Below, one piece after another: positions 35,530 to 47,767 of a stretch of DNA of 64,000 nucleotides (positions within the stretch are counted from its first letter, which is position 1; each line of letters opens with the position of its first letter). This stretch comes from Laetmonice hystrix (lineage: Eukaryota): assembly GCA_965235115.1 (NCBI GenBank), contig OZ249444.1, positions 29,264,001 through 29,328,000 on the forward strand, read 5' to 3'. Both the position numbers and the translations under genes were made by a program. The notes below the pieces were generated by a model. The model saw nothing but the letters and a program-made list of their open reading frames with translations. It did no database searches and was not told the origin of the DNA.

Positions 35530-36745
35530 ACCCCTCCGTACACACAGACAGGGTTCAGTACCTGAGACACGCCCCCCCCCCCTCCGTACACCGACAGGGT
35601 TCAGTACCTGAGACACGCCCCCCCCCCCTCCGTACACCGACAGGGTTCAGTACCTGAGACACGCCCCCCCCCCTCCGTACACCGACAGGGTTCAGTACCT
35701 GAGACACGCCCCCCTCCGTACACACCGACAGGGTTCGGTACCTGAGACACGCCCCCCCTCCGTACACCGACAGGGTTCAGTACCTGAGACACGCCCCCCT
35801 CCGTACACACCGACAGGGTTCAGTACCTGAGACACGCCCCCCCCCTCCGTACACCGACAGGGTTCAGTACCTGAGACACGCCCCCCCCCTCCGTACACCG
35901 ACAGGGTTCAGTACCTGAGACACGCCCCCCCCCCCGTACACTGATAGGATTCAGTACCCGAGACACGCCCCCCCTCCGTACACCGATAGGGTTCAGTACC
36001 TGAGACACGCCCCCCTCGCTCGTTTTCTACCCCTCCGTACACCGACAGGGTTCAGTACCTGAGACACGCCCCCTCGCTCGTTTTCTATCCCTCCCTACAC
36101 CGACAGGGTTCAGTACCTGAGACACGCCCCCTCGCTCGTTTTCTACCCCTCCGTACACCGACAGGGTTCAGTACCTGAGACACGCCCCCCCCCCTCCGTA
36201 CACCGACAGGGTTCAGTACCTGAGACACGCCCTCCCCCCTCCGTACACCGACAGGGTTCAGTAGGCTACCTGAGACACGCCCCCCCTCCGTACACCGACA
36301 GGGTTCAGTACCTGAGACACGCCCCCCCCCTCCGTACACCGACAGGGTTCAGTACCTGAGACACCCCCCCCCCTCCGTACACCGACAGGGTTCAGTACCT
36401 GAGACACGCCCCCCCCCCCTCCGTACACCGACAGGGTTCAGTACCTGAGACACGCCCCCCCCCCCTCCGTACACCGACAGGGTTCAGTACCTGAGACACG
36501 CCCCTCGCTCGTTTTCCCCCTCCGTACACCGACAGGGTTCAGTACCTGAGACACGCCCCTCGCTCGTTTTCCCCCTCCGTACACCGACAGGGTTCAGTAC
36601 CTGAGACACGCCCCCCCCCCTCCGTACACCGACAGGGTTCAGTACCTGAGACACGCCCCCCCCCCCTCCGTACACCGACAGGGTTCAGTACCTGAGACAC
36701 GCCCCCCCCCCCCCCGTACACTGATAGGATTTAGTACCTGAGACG
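35530..36745. repeat. About 45-bp minisatellite (about 26 copies) with variable poly-C, each with GTCTCAG|gtact donor
   Basis: Plus-strand unit CCTCCGTACACCGACAGGGTTCAGTACCTGAGACACGCCCCC. Confidence 0.95.
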
Positions 36746-36878
36746 CCATCAGCGTTCACCTCCAGATCCTCGAGTAGGTGAATGATGGGAAGGGCCGCGG
36801 CACAGATGCATGATGGGAAGAAGTGTTGGGCCAGTTGCATGTGATGCATGTGGACATGTTCAACTCTTTCCTCCTCAC
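36738..36878 (-). CDS. unc80: UNC80 exon (GEEERVEH...MQLAQHFFPSCICAAALPIIHLLED...GVS), phase 1->1
   Basis: ggactag| and G|gtacta; conserved FFPSC motif. Confidence 0.9.
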
Positions 36879-38228
36879 CTAGTCCACAGAAACACAAACT
36901 CTCTTAATATTAACATTTTATCACTCAAATCATAATCAATACAAAAATAAAACTGCTTCAACAAAATGTGCGAAAATGGACCGGATAATGCACATCTCAG
37001 TACACGCAACGTATATAGAGAAATGTTCTCTGAAATTCGACCTTGTAAAATGTGGATTATGCCCTTACCAACTTGTATATTCTCAGATTGTTTTTCTGCG
37101 TATTTGTACCCTTCCAGTCCCTGGTATGTGGAAAACCTTTCACAAGACCCTACCGTCTTAATATCTCAGAGTTTCAACACTAAATCCGAGCTTTACTTCA
37201 GGATTGTGTGGATAGCAGTGTGACCGTTTGTCACCACGTCATGCATAGGGCAGGATTTGGGGTTCTGGTGTAATGGCCAGTCCTACAAACCTAATTCTTA
37301 GTCTTATGTGCTGTCTAAATCACCTCTAAAGCTTCGGACCTTTCTTTCTATCTGATTTCTCAGATCTTCCTACATACAAGGTGGTAGAAAAGTGGATGCC
37401 TAAAGGACTTCCTATCGTGCTTCACAAGTTTTCAATACTGCCCTATTTTCCAAGAACTGACCTCCCTTGTGGACCGATGGCTTCAGTTTTCACTGGGCCT
37501 TTAGGCTGTGATCAGTCTTACAATTTCTCATCCACAACAGGGTCTTTCAATTGTCGTGCTAGAGTTATTATACCCTTACTACATTACCACTCTAACCCCC
37601 GATCTTAAGTCTGAGTTAAAAATTAAAACATAGAACGGACAAAAAAAACCTCATATCGGTCATACGGATAATAGGCCTACATAGCAGTCATATGGACACA
37701 TAGCAGTCATACAGATAGTTTCAAAAATATGATGTACCATTAGTGTAATAAAAGTAGATCCATAGCCAAGTGATCTACCGGTGTTCACTGCCATGACAAC
37801 ATGTACTGGAGAAGACTGAGCCAGACTGAGGATACACTTCATCCTCAGGTATATACCACTACCTGCAGCAGTCATACCGGGCAAAGTCGTGCAATATGTG
37901 AAGTTTGGGGTACAAACCACACCACCATGCACACGTGCAACACCGCTAGAGGTCGCTGTGAACGCTGGCGTCGGTATACTGGAATATGTTACGACCAGTG
38001 AGCTTCAAGGAAACATACACTCTATAATAATTAATACTCAGACAAATTTAACCTTCACAACATCCAATAATCGGGAGAAATTTCTTTATTTTCTGTAACT
38101 CCAAACTCTCCTTGTTAATTCTAACACTCTCAAAGTTCTCTGAAAGTAGTCCTGTTTTCCTTTCTTTTTCCCGAAGCGTGTCTGGTCAGATGCAATGGGA
38201 CTGGTAGTTTGGCCTAGATTGCTCTCTG

Positions 38229-38421
38229 TAGCGCCCCCTACCAACAAACTCCAGTATTAGAGGCCAGGTCACCATGTGCTCAGACAGTGAACGCTCTGGT
38301 CAGTGACCGACACACACGCCACCTAGTGGCCACCAGCCTGAGAACATCCCTCGAGGGTGATCTAGGGTGATCTCCATGTAGACAGACAGCATTGCCTAGA
38401 TGGTGCTGCCCCCTGGTGGCA
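38229..38421 (-). promoter_or_regulatory. Cluster of three co-oriented CTCF-like motifs
   Basis: Minus strand TGCCACCAGGGGGCAGCA (38404-38421), TGGCCACTAGGTGGCG (38317-38332), GGTAGGGGGCGCTA (38229-38242). Confidence 0.45.
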
Positions 38422-38516
38422 TACCGGATAGATGAACACTGCGAGAGTCAGTGTCCGTGTGCGTATGCTATGCTCCCAAAAAACAAAACGATATACGAAA
38501 ACGGCACTGATCTTAC

Positions 38517-38522
38517 CAGGGC
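38517..38522 (-). CDS. unc80: Candidate 6-nt micro-exon GCCCTG (adds Pro-Gly), phase 1->1
   Basis: ttttcctcaccctacccaccgtccacag|GCCCTG|gtaaga; frame-preserving. Confidence 0.5.
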
Positions 38523-39641
38523 CTGTGGACGGTGGGTAGGGTGAGGAAAATACAGGATATCTTAGAGAAACATCACCAATAATCAACCAAACTCACTGAT
38601 ACATGCAAATAAGACTTGTAACAGAGCATTTCAATTGTATTTTATATTGTCTGTTAAAATACGTCACTGTGATCGAAGGCTTTATGTTGATCTTTGTAGG
38701 CCAAGTGTATTTATAACATGTGGCACTGCCAACCCTCATTTTAGGTTGTTACACAGTTGTGAAATATGATTTCACATCCAGGTTCCTTCTAGGAAGGTAA
38801 ATTAATTCAGCAGGTTGTTATGACTCCCATAGATACCGGCCTATTTTACCGGAGTTCCATATCTGGGGTATGTCTTTCTAAAGTTTGGTGATTAACGATA
38901 TAGTTAAATGTACCTGGCCATGAATGGGAGGCCTCTGGTTAATGGGATCGTTATTAACGAGAGACTCTTCAGTCATTCCTATTGACGTTAAGGATATCGT
39001 TAATAACCACACATTAGTAAGACAGGCCCCTGAGCTTTATCCAGTTAATATGTGCTTGTCGACACTAAACATAAAATATCACCTCACGTTCAAACCAGTC
39101 ACAATAAATCATCAGATATTTCTACAGTTTTCAACAGTAAAAGGGAAAATTCAATTTTTATTATCACAATTAACATACCATTTGTTGTACTACTCAATAA
39201 CACCCCCCCCCCTCGCCCGCCCGAATTATTCGTAGGCTTAAACACATATTGCCAGAAGCACAGTGCCACATAATTTTGGTATTAACATATGAAAACCATG
39301 TCACCAGAATTTTCACCCAGTAACTGATTATAAAACAAGTACATCTCTGTGCTACAACCATGCAAAAAATAACACGCCAAATCAAATCACTTAGTTTCAC
39401 ATTTTCACATGACAGTCCTATTTCTGACTGTCCTATTATTAAGCCACCTATAAATGGCCTTTTACCAATGACTTACCAGATCATGTCACATTATAATTCA
39501 AAGTCCTCAAGATCACCCTGATAATATGTACGATGTACCATCCGCACTCTTTCATTCATCATAACTTGGACTTGAGAGATAAGGAGATTAAAAAAAAAAG
39601 ACTCTTCTATAGAAAGAAGTTAGTATAGCGTTACTCGGTAC

Positions 39642-39782
39642 CTTCAAAGATGGTGGGCCTTGGGATGAACATGCTACCATTTCTCCATGACATGTTACGT
39701 AATTGAACGTTAGATTGCCGATTGATAGGAGCGACGGACACTCGTCGGGCAGCCAAGTTGAGGTTGATTTCTTCTTGCGCGG
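39642..39782 (-). CDS. unc80: UNC80 exon (AAQEEINLNLAARRVSVAP...PTIFE), phase 1->1
   Basis: long pyrimidine tract ...ccctctgtag| and G|gtaccg. Confidence 0.85.
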
Positions 39783-39865
39783 CTACAGAGGGTGAGACGG
39801 AAAGGACATGCAACGTTAACCGGGTACGTACGGCACCAATCACCTTCACTGACGTACTTCCTCAC

Positions 39866-40015
39866 TGAGGGATGACCTTGACTGCGGGTACTCGACCTTG
39901 GCACCGCTACCACCACCACCACCACCGCCCAACATCCACGGACCACACAGCTCATACTTCCTCTCCTCACAACGACAACTGTCCACTTTAGGAACCTTCT
40001 CCGACTTTCTACCAG
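39866..40015 (-). CDS. unc80: Candidate cassette exon with poly-Gly (AGRKSEKV...LGGGGGGGSGAKVEYPQSRSSL), phase 1->1
   Basis: cttatcag| and A|gtgagg; 150 nt open; 83-nt intron to next exon; weak pyrimidine tract. Confidence 0.4.
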
Positions 40016-40456
40016 CTGATAAGAACTTGTTTCCATTATCTTCTACTTTGAAAATTACATTTCCAGAAACTTTCCTTTCCTTTCTGTCCTTTGTGGTGTA
40101 TTTTTCTTACTTTCAAAAATCGTATTTATACAGCATAAAGTTATGTCTTATTTTTATCTTTAGGCCTGAGCTGTGGGGCCCGTTGAGTGTTCCAGAATCG
40201 GTCACAAACACCTCATGCAGGTTACCAGGACACTTGCAAATCATAACATTTACCAGGAAGAAGAGAACTTTAAGTCATAGTGAATCAGACTTGAAACCGG
40301 TTAGAGTCCAAGTGTGGCAAGTGAATGAGAAGATATACAAAGCATAGGTTCTGAACCGAGAAAAAAACCAATAAGGAAGAATTAAGAAGAAAGAAGTTAG
40401 CTCAATGACACAATCACATAATATAGTTAGAGGTTACTTAATAATGTGCCCTTGGT

Positions 40457-40545
40457 CAGGGGGCCGTTCCATAAATTCCCTTTCGCTAAAATTGCCATTG
40501 AATTTCAATGGCACTTTTAGCGGGAATTTATGCAACGGCCCCCTG
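40457..40545. mobile_element. 89-bp near-perfect foldback element (miniature MITE)
   Basis: CAGGGGGCCGTTCCATAAATTCCC...TGCCATTGAA / TTCAATGGCA...GGGAATTTATGCAACGGCCCCCTG. Confidence 0.75.
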
Positions 40546-43336
40546 CAGATTTAATAGAGAGATGAATGTAAAGTTCAATAGAGCAAGGCCACAACAAATT
40601 GATGTTAGTACGATATTCACTCGCATTATAATACAATCATCATATATATATAGATATACCTGGAGATAACGTTATATATATGATGGGCTAATTCATTCAG
40701 AGTTATGACCAAACCAAACTAGTAAACTAGATTTGGTCACCAAACTGAATGGTAAATTGTTTGATAGATTTCACAGGCTCCTCTCAACATAGCTTTCTCA
40801 TCAACGACATTTATAATCATTGACAAACTCAGGGTTTGTATGACTGCTACACACCAGACAAAGCCTGTACCTATAGTCACAATATTTAAAGGTGTATATA
40901 GATTATTGCCGGGCTACAGGCTCCTATCGTATATGCAAGAACCAGGTGCATATATTATACTACCGTACATGTATATATGTCACATATATACATGCGGAAC
41001 ATGACAAATATCGGTACGTCACTCCATCACATGCTGTGGGGAAGACAACAAAAAATAGAGTGTTGCTGCTGACCAGCGAAAAAATATCATCACCCTCGGT
41101 AGGCCCCTATAGAACCAACCTTTCTTGGTTTCTACGGTGAATTCAAATCCGTAAACCAGGTTTCGCTTCAGCAGACTTCATTCAGAAAAACGTTTCTACG
41201 CACAAAATGGTCATTCTGGGTAAATTATCCAATGTCAGACAAAAAAGGCAGCAAAGTTCATTTATTCTATTTGCTGACAGGTAAAAACGGGAAAAATTGT
41301 AGTTTTGAAATGTGAAAAAAGCCATGTATTCAAAACTAAGACGCACTCTCTATAAATTGACACAACAGACGGACACCAGGCATGAAAAACGGTTTATAAT
41401 TTGGAAATTCAAAAAAGTACACCATATATCTATATAATATATACCCTGTATATTATAGATACAATATATTCATATAAACGATAGTGTCTACATGAATATA
41501 CACGTGTAAATGAGTACGGAGTTGATCAACAGTGTTTTCAGTATACTATACAAAAACTAGTACGTGCTAAAAGCTCGTCTAGAATATATACTGTGATGAG
41601 TAATAGAATACAGGTCACCCCCAATGGTTTATACCTGAAGAGTAGGGTGATCGTTCAGGTAACGAGGGTACAGGGATCGTAACATTACCCCCACCTTCAT
41701 GATGGCCAAGGTCAGGGGGTTGGTTGGTTGTTTGTTGGTTGGTTGGTAGGGATAACACGCGGCAGAAACAGAAAAGGTAAAAAATAACAAATGAGCCTGG
41801 TCATACCATGAATATCATGAACAATACAGCGCAAAATAGACAAAAAAATGTATGTGTACCACACAAGCAAAGAATGGCCACGTTTATCGTAAACTTTATA
41901 TTATATTACCATATTATCACGTTCAAGTGACCAAGCCAACAAAAATAATAATTTGGCAATACAAGCCAAGCTGCGTTCCTTTACTTCAACAGGCAAGACT
42001 TGGTTTGACTAGTAAAGTGCAACGGCAAAGCAGCATTCACCATTGATATAATCAGCAAAGCGTTTCAAAGGAGACCATTCAAGCACTGAGCAACTTCCTG
42101 GTCACCACAGGCAAGTAATAAAATAATGTAAAACCAATCGTGATGGCGGTAAGCTGAGCCGAAAACAATGGAAAACTTCAACATTCCACAAAAACACAGA
42201 CAAGCCAGACTGCAGGCCAAAATACAGGTCAAGGGGTCACGGAGTCACGTGACTACGCTGAGAGGATCATCGCCTTGTTTTACTATAACTCCTTCCATCT
42301 CCAACACGTCACGTGGTCGACACAGCATTCTCATCTCATGCACCATTTTAACTCAAAAGATTCTTTTGGCATTCCCTCTTTAATTGATTTTAATTCCTTC
42401 CTTTTTTTATTCTAATATCTGGTAAGATTATTTTCAACGACTACATGTATTTTATTATCTGATAGGTTCTTAACAGACCTTTTGAATATTTTCAATCCTT
42501 CACATCAACTGTTACTAAATATTTTCTACTGGTTATAGTCCACCACTAAACCAAAATTCCTCCGACCTACTGGATCTAGTAGCCAACTAAACCACATAAC
42601 TTTATGGACTGGTTCTAGTAGACAACTAAAATAGGGTCAGCCCTTCGATATGTCTCTAACAATGCATGCAACCTAAACAAACTTCGCACAAATAGCAAAC
42701 TTGTCAAGTATGGCTTGTTGTTCTCGACATATATGATAACAATATTCATATAACAATGAATAATTAATATGAGAACAATTAACATTAAAAGCCTTTGTGT
42801 TAGCATCCCGTATTACGGATTCGGACAGTACTTAAGCACAACCATATTACCATTAGATCCTCGTGAATCAGGGTCTATTGGAATCTGCTGGTTTCAGGTC
42901 ATAACCTCACCAAGGTAGACCCGAGGTAGACTGGTGAACTTTCAGCCAAAGGTGAGATCGAAAAATTCCAAATCCCGACTCTATTCGATCTCTTTACAGT
43001 CCAACTCGAATATAATGGATCTATTTATAAATCCTCTCCATTACATCACGAGCAAGAAAACTTGCGCAACATGTTCTTGAGAAACTGTTAAATAAATGAC
43101 CAACAACGTTATGATTTATATATCAGTTTAAATACTGGGGTAAGTAACGTAAGAAACAACCCTAATCTACAAGTAAAAATATCCTGAGCGAAAGGGAAGG
43201 TTGACAATAGAGAATCATCTATCATCCATGCCAGTCTATTGTTAAGACGTTCCCTAACATCACACCACACGACCCCCGTAGAGCAGGCACACAGGGGTGA
43301 TCAGTAATAATGGCCGTATAACGGTTGCTAAGTTAC

Positions 43337-43523
43337 CTTCCTCATGCTCCTCGCTGGCGTGATGCAGGGCTGGCTCGTACGCCGCCTGATGAGTGACCGG
43401 GATAGCCGTCATGTGAAAGTTCTCCCGCGCCGCCTGGCGGCGATCATCCTCAGCTAATAGCGCTCGGTGGATCATCTCCTGCTGTTGTTTACGTCGGGTT
43501 GTCGTCGCCGTCACGAACGTTTT
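43337..43523 (-). CDS. unc80: UNC80 exon (KTFVTATTT...TAIPVTHQAAYEP...EEHEE), phase 0->1
   Basis: ggcgttag| and G|gtaact. Confidence 0.9.
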
Positions 43524-45594
43524 CTAACGCCACAAAAACATGAACACATCCTGTTAACATCTCTGGGCTAACCCATCTTCAATATTCACAGTTCTAAGAT
43601 TGTCAACCGTATCAAGACTATTCAAGTTGGAATCATCCAATTTGAAAAGAACGATGAAATGCGATATCATTGGGCCTACTCACATAATAACCTCTTCAAA
43701 CAAAGTTTCAGCAATATAAATGAATATCTGTCTGACATTGATGGTAGGCCTATGAGCTTGTGAAGTAGCCTACTTAAGTTTATATACCGGTATTACAAGT
43801 GTTGTCTGTAATGTGGTGCCTGAAGTCATACATGTACCGGAATTGTATTCGCAAACTTTGTTTGGTGTAGTTTATGTATGTTAGTTATATAAATTTGATA
43901 ATTAAGCATTTCATTACCTTTTCCTACAAAATAGTACGAACATCTTTTACAATACTATTACGGACACTCAAACCACAAGGACGTTATGTTATCAACATAT
44001 AACAACCCTATGTACAGCTGAGAGGCCCTAGATATGGCTACATGATATAGGCTACTGTTACTATAATAACTAATTTCATAAACGCACTGAAAATATTATT
44101 CAAACCAAAGTATTGAAGCACTGTATTACAGGCCTACTTATTCTAGTTCCACTTTTGAGCATTCTAACCTTGAGAAGGATAATTTCCCCAGTGGCTAGGC
44201 CTATTGTGATGATATTGTATTGCTGTATGTTATGTATGTCATATCGTTCAAAGATATCTCAGGAGATATAATGATGTCATGGATACAAATACATTTATCA
44301 GATCCGGAACTCATCCTCAAACTGCCCCAACAGAAACCCTGGCGAATATAAACCCTTCTCCCGGTGGCACTTTTAAACCAAACTAGTGATGACCAAAAAC
44401 CTAACAAACCAGCCCCCATATCAAACGCAAACAATATTAATTAAATTAAATATGTTAGTAATCCATGAGGGGACTAGGCCCTTTCCTAGATCGAAAGATT
44501 TTTTAAAAACCGGAAAGGGAAACTTGTAAAATCTGCGTAATAAATGGCTTCATTAGACGTCATTCTGCTGACACCCTGAATACAGGCAAACCAATCTACA
44601 CTGAGATTACAACAGGTGTAAATCTACACGTCGAGACTGCACACCTGAACAACTTTCAAAATTATCAGGAGAAGCAAGAAAATAACAAAATAATGTCGGG
44701 TTAAGTCAGATAAAGCATAAATCAGTTCAGAGAAAAACATCTAAAAAAATCACCATACCTCCTTGGTAATGTCTACACGTAAGGCCGCTCTGACCCTTTC
44801 CCCAGGAAAGGCTGACCCACACATTAAATCCAGTGCAAGACTAAGCTAACACAATAATTACTCTCATTGTGTATTATAGCCAAAGCAGTATTTTGCGTTT
44901 CTGAGCCAAACGTAGTACCATACTTGTGTCAGTACCGCACAGACATCCACCCTTCTTACCAAGTATTCAAACGTGGCTAGTAAAGGTTGCTTCAGGAAGA
45001 CAGAAGTAACAAAAAATGTTAACGAGATCTGTTAAAGTGTTAGATTAACGAATCGAGTCACCCCTTATATAACAGTTATAATACTAAACCTTGCGTTAAT
45101 GTGTTTGTGTCTTACCTAAAATTCAAATTTACTGCTAATATTAAAATGTTAAGTCGTCATAATGGTGACAATGCCAAGATACAAAAAATCTACTTACTAA
45201 AAGATGATTACTTGAAATAAATAATGAGTATTTCGTGATTACAACTTTCGAGGCATAAAAATAAGTCCTTTAAAAATCACCAAAAAAACCCTTGAGGTCA
45301 TGAGATCCACACGCTTTACGCGTGCACCACTGCACGGCGCTGCGATCGCACTGCGCCGCTGTTAATGAGTTTAATAGACACCACTCCGACAGTGACCTAC
45401 AAATTTCTGGTCACTCAAAACGGACGCAGTGGTTTCTGGGAGTCCTTCGAGTGGTAGTTGCATTTGCTTCCTTTTTTCTAATGTGCAATCTTTAGGGGGG
45501 CAGGCCCCCTCTGTCGCCCCCTGATCGACCCGTTGGAAAAACTCATGCCTTTACACCCCAAGGTCAAAGAAGACGTGATGATAGATGACCTTAC

Positions 45595-45802
45595 CGACCC
45601 CTCCTGGTTGATGGTAACCTCCTCCACTTTAGTTTTAAAGTGAGGCATCCATGGCGGGTCGATGACAGTCAGACACGGTAAGCCAATGGTTGGGGACGGC
45701 AGCACAAAGTCAATACTTGGTGGTGGGACCTTGAAGAAGGCGTTAGCACCGTCCTCCATACGGGGCCAAACCTGGTACCGGAACCTCCACAGTACCTGGA
45801 AC
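45595..45802 (-). CDS. unc80: UNC80 exon (FQVLWRFRYQVWPRMEDGA...VTINQEGS), phase 2->0
   Basis: cctcaccag| and TCG|gtaagg; strongly conserved. Confidence 0.93.
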
Positions 45803-46071
45803 CTGGTGAGGAATGGGTGAATGTAAATCTGTACCAGTCTGAATGTAAATCGGTCACGTTTGAAATGTAAATCACCCCCCTTTGAAAGGTAAATCAGTTA
45901 TAGTTGAATTGTAAATCAACATATTAATATCATTTGGCTTCTAGATATATGTTGCTTGCCTCCCCCACCCCAAAAAAAGTTTTCTGCATGGCTTTAGTTT
46001 TTCAACATGCCGATCCGTTTGCCCCCCCCCCTTCAACTCCTCAAAAAAAGTGAAATCCCCCAGATTCTGAC

Positions 46072-46180
46072 CTTAGAATGGCGTTGATTCTTTGGTTGAC
46101 TTCTTGGTGCTGAAGTTCTCGGAACATCACCTCCTGTACTTGGTCAGCTGCCTTCACTGACGACAAGATGTATACCGTCG
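46072..46180 (-). CDS. unc80: UNC80 exon (ATVYILSSVK...QRINAILR), phase 1->2
   Basis: gtgatcag| and AG|gtcaga. Confidence 0.9.
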
Positions 46181-46774
46181 CTGATCACAACAAACAAACA
46201 TTTCATAATCTGTACTCACGGCACATTGCAAGTATTTATCTCACCCTGAAAGTAAACCGGCAAAAAAATCCTAATATTCTAAATTCACAGTTGTATGATG
46301 CTTGGGAGTCTTTAATTGTAGAATGCTGCAATTAACTAATTACTTCATTGGTCAGAACTACTACTCATTCGTTACTAACCCCCAGAGTATTACCCCATAT
46401 CACCGAGTTTATTCTGAACCCCCCCCCCCAACCTCACCCTCAATGGTGTGAAATGAACCCCCACCCAGGAACACAGTACCGCCAGATGTCGCTGCCACAA
46501 AGCCTCCATTCTCATGCTCACATGCAACAGCGACATCTACTGAGAGAAAACGACATTAACCACAGACAACCTGGAGTGCGATTTAATATCAAAAGATATC
46601 TTTGCCAAAGATATTTATCCAAAGATGTCTTTAACAAAGATGTCTTTGGACTAGTGCAATCTGGATGGGGAGAGAGCGAGTGTTTCAATAAAAACCTCGC
46701 ACCTGGCTCCAGCGAGGTTTTCAGATATCTTTGGGCTTTATTGAAATGCACCCTTGGGCTGAGTTCACACTTAC

Positions 46775-46913
46775 CTGCTGCAGCAGCCAGTTCCTGGTCA
46801 CTCTCCAGTAGTAGTTCCCACGCCACGGGTAACATATCAATAAAACTTTCCTCTGACAGAATCGGGGCGGCCTTGGTGATTATAGACATCACACAGTGAC
46901 TCAAGTTCTGCAC
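46775..46913 (-). CDS. unc80: UNC80 exon (VQNLSHCVMSIITKAAP...WELLLESDQELAAAA), phase 0->1
   Basis: ttctatag| and G|gtaagt. Confidence 0.92.
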
Positions 46914-47578
46914 CTATAGAATGGCAATAACACAAAATTGGTTATAACCGGACATTTCAATAGGAGCCTTACCGGGGGTACCAAAAATAATCCCGAAATA
47001 TGATGAGACCCAAACATATCTTTAAACTTTCTAATACCTGATATCGGAGATATATGCTATGTAGACATTGTTTTGCTGATAATTCAGGATACATTGTATT
47101 GAACATTCAACCATGACGCCTGCAATCAATGACCCGCCAGTGACGCCACACCTTACATACATAATACATTAGGGGGGTGGGGTTCTTAGAACTTGCGTAT
47201 ATTCATATAGAGTAGAAGCTATTTTATTAGATGCTTTCGGTAATTTGTGGCCAGTCGGTTTCTGTGAGGCCAATAAACATTCAGTCATTTCTCTGCAGTC
47301 CCTCACTTTGAACAAATAAGGAGTCAATATATAGTTTCTCAGTCGCCCGTGTACAGTCGATGGCCGAATAATAGATGGACACTAAGTTGATTGGTCAGCT
47401 GTAGCTGGTTGTATATAAGAGTTTCTGACACTTTGAAACAACATGGGGGGTTCAGGAGATGAGGACAGATCTCACACATTCACCCCTTCAATCTGCCCTT
47501 ATTCTTTGCCCTCCCACCAATTCTGTTATTATAGCGAATCGCCGCTCTCTGACGTCTAAAAAGAGTTGTCTGACTTAC

Positions 47579-47767
47579 TTGCAGTTTCAGGTATTTCATC
47601 ATTGGTGTTTCATCCTTTGGTTTGGCAGGTTTTTTGGGTTCCTCCTTCTTGCCCTCCAGGGCAGCTGCCAGGCGAGCCCGAGCCAGTGTCACGTCTGTCT
47701 TGATTTTCTCCAGTAGAGGGGTGCTCTCCCGGCGTCTTGTGGGGGACGATGGTTGGAACATACTCTC
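47579..47767 (-). CDS. unc80: UNC80 exon (ESMFQPSS...TPMMKYLKLQ), phase 0->0
   Basis: gattcag| and CAA|gtaagt; first bases duplicated in the upstream 53-bp array. Confidence 0.88.

Noticed and set aside
38435-38448. 14-nt segment flanked by cgcag and gtatgc
   Set aside because: Not frame-preserving alone or with the 6-nt candidate.
44759-44840. Possible exon with a strong GAG|gtatgg donor
   Set aside because: 82 nt with incompatible phases; flanking exons 45595 and 43523 join directly in frame.
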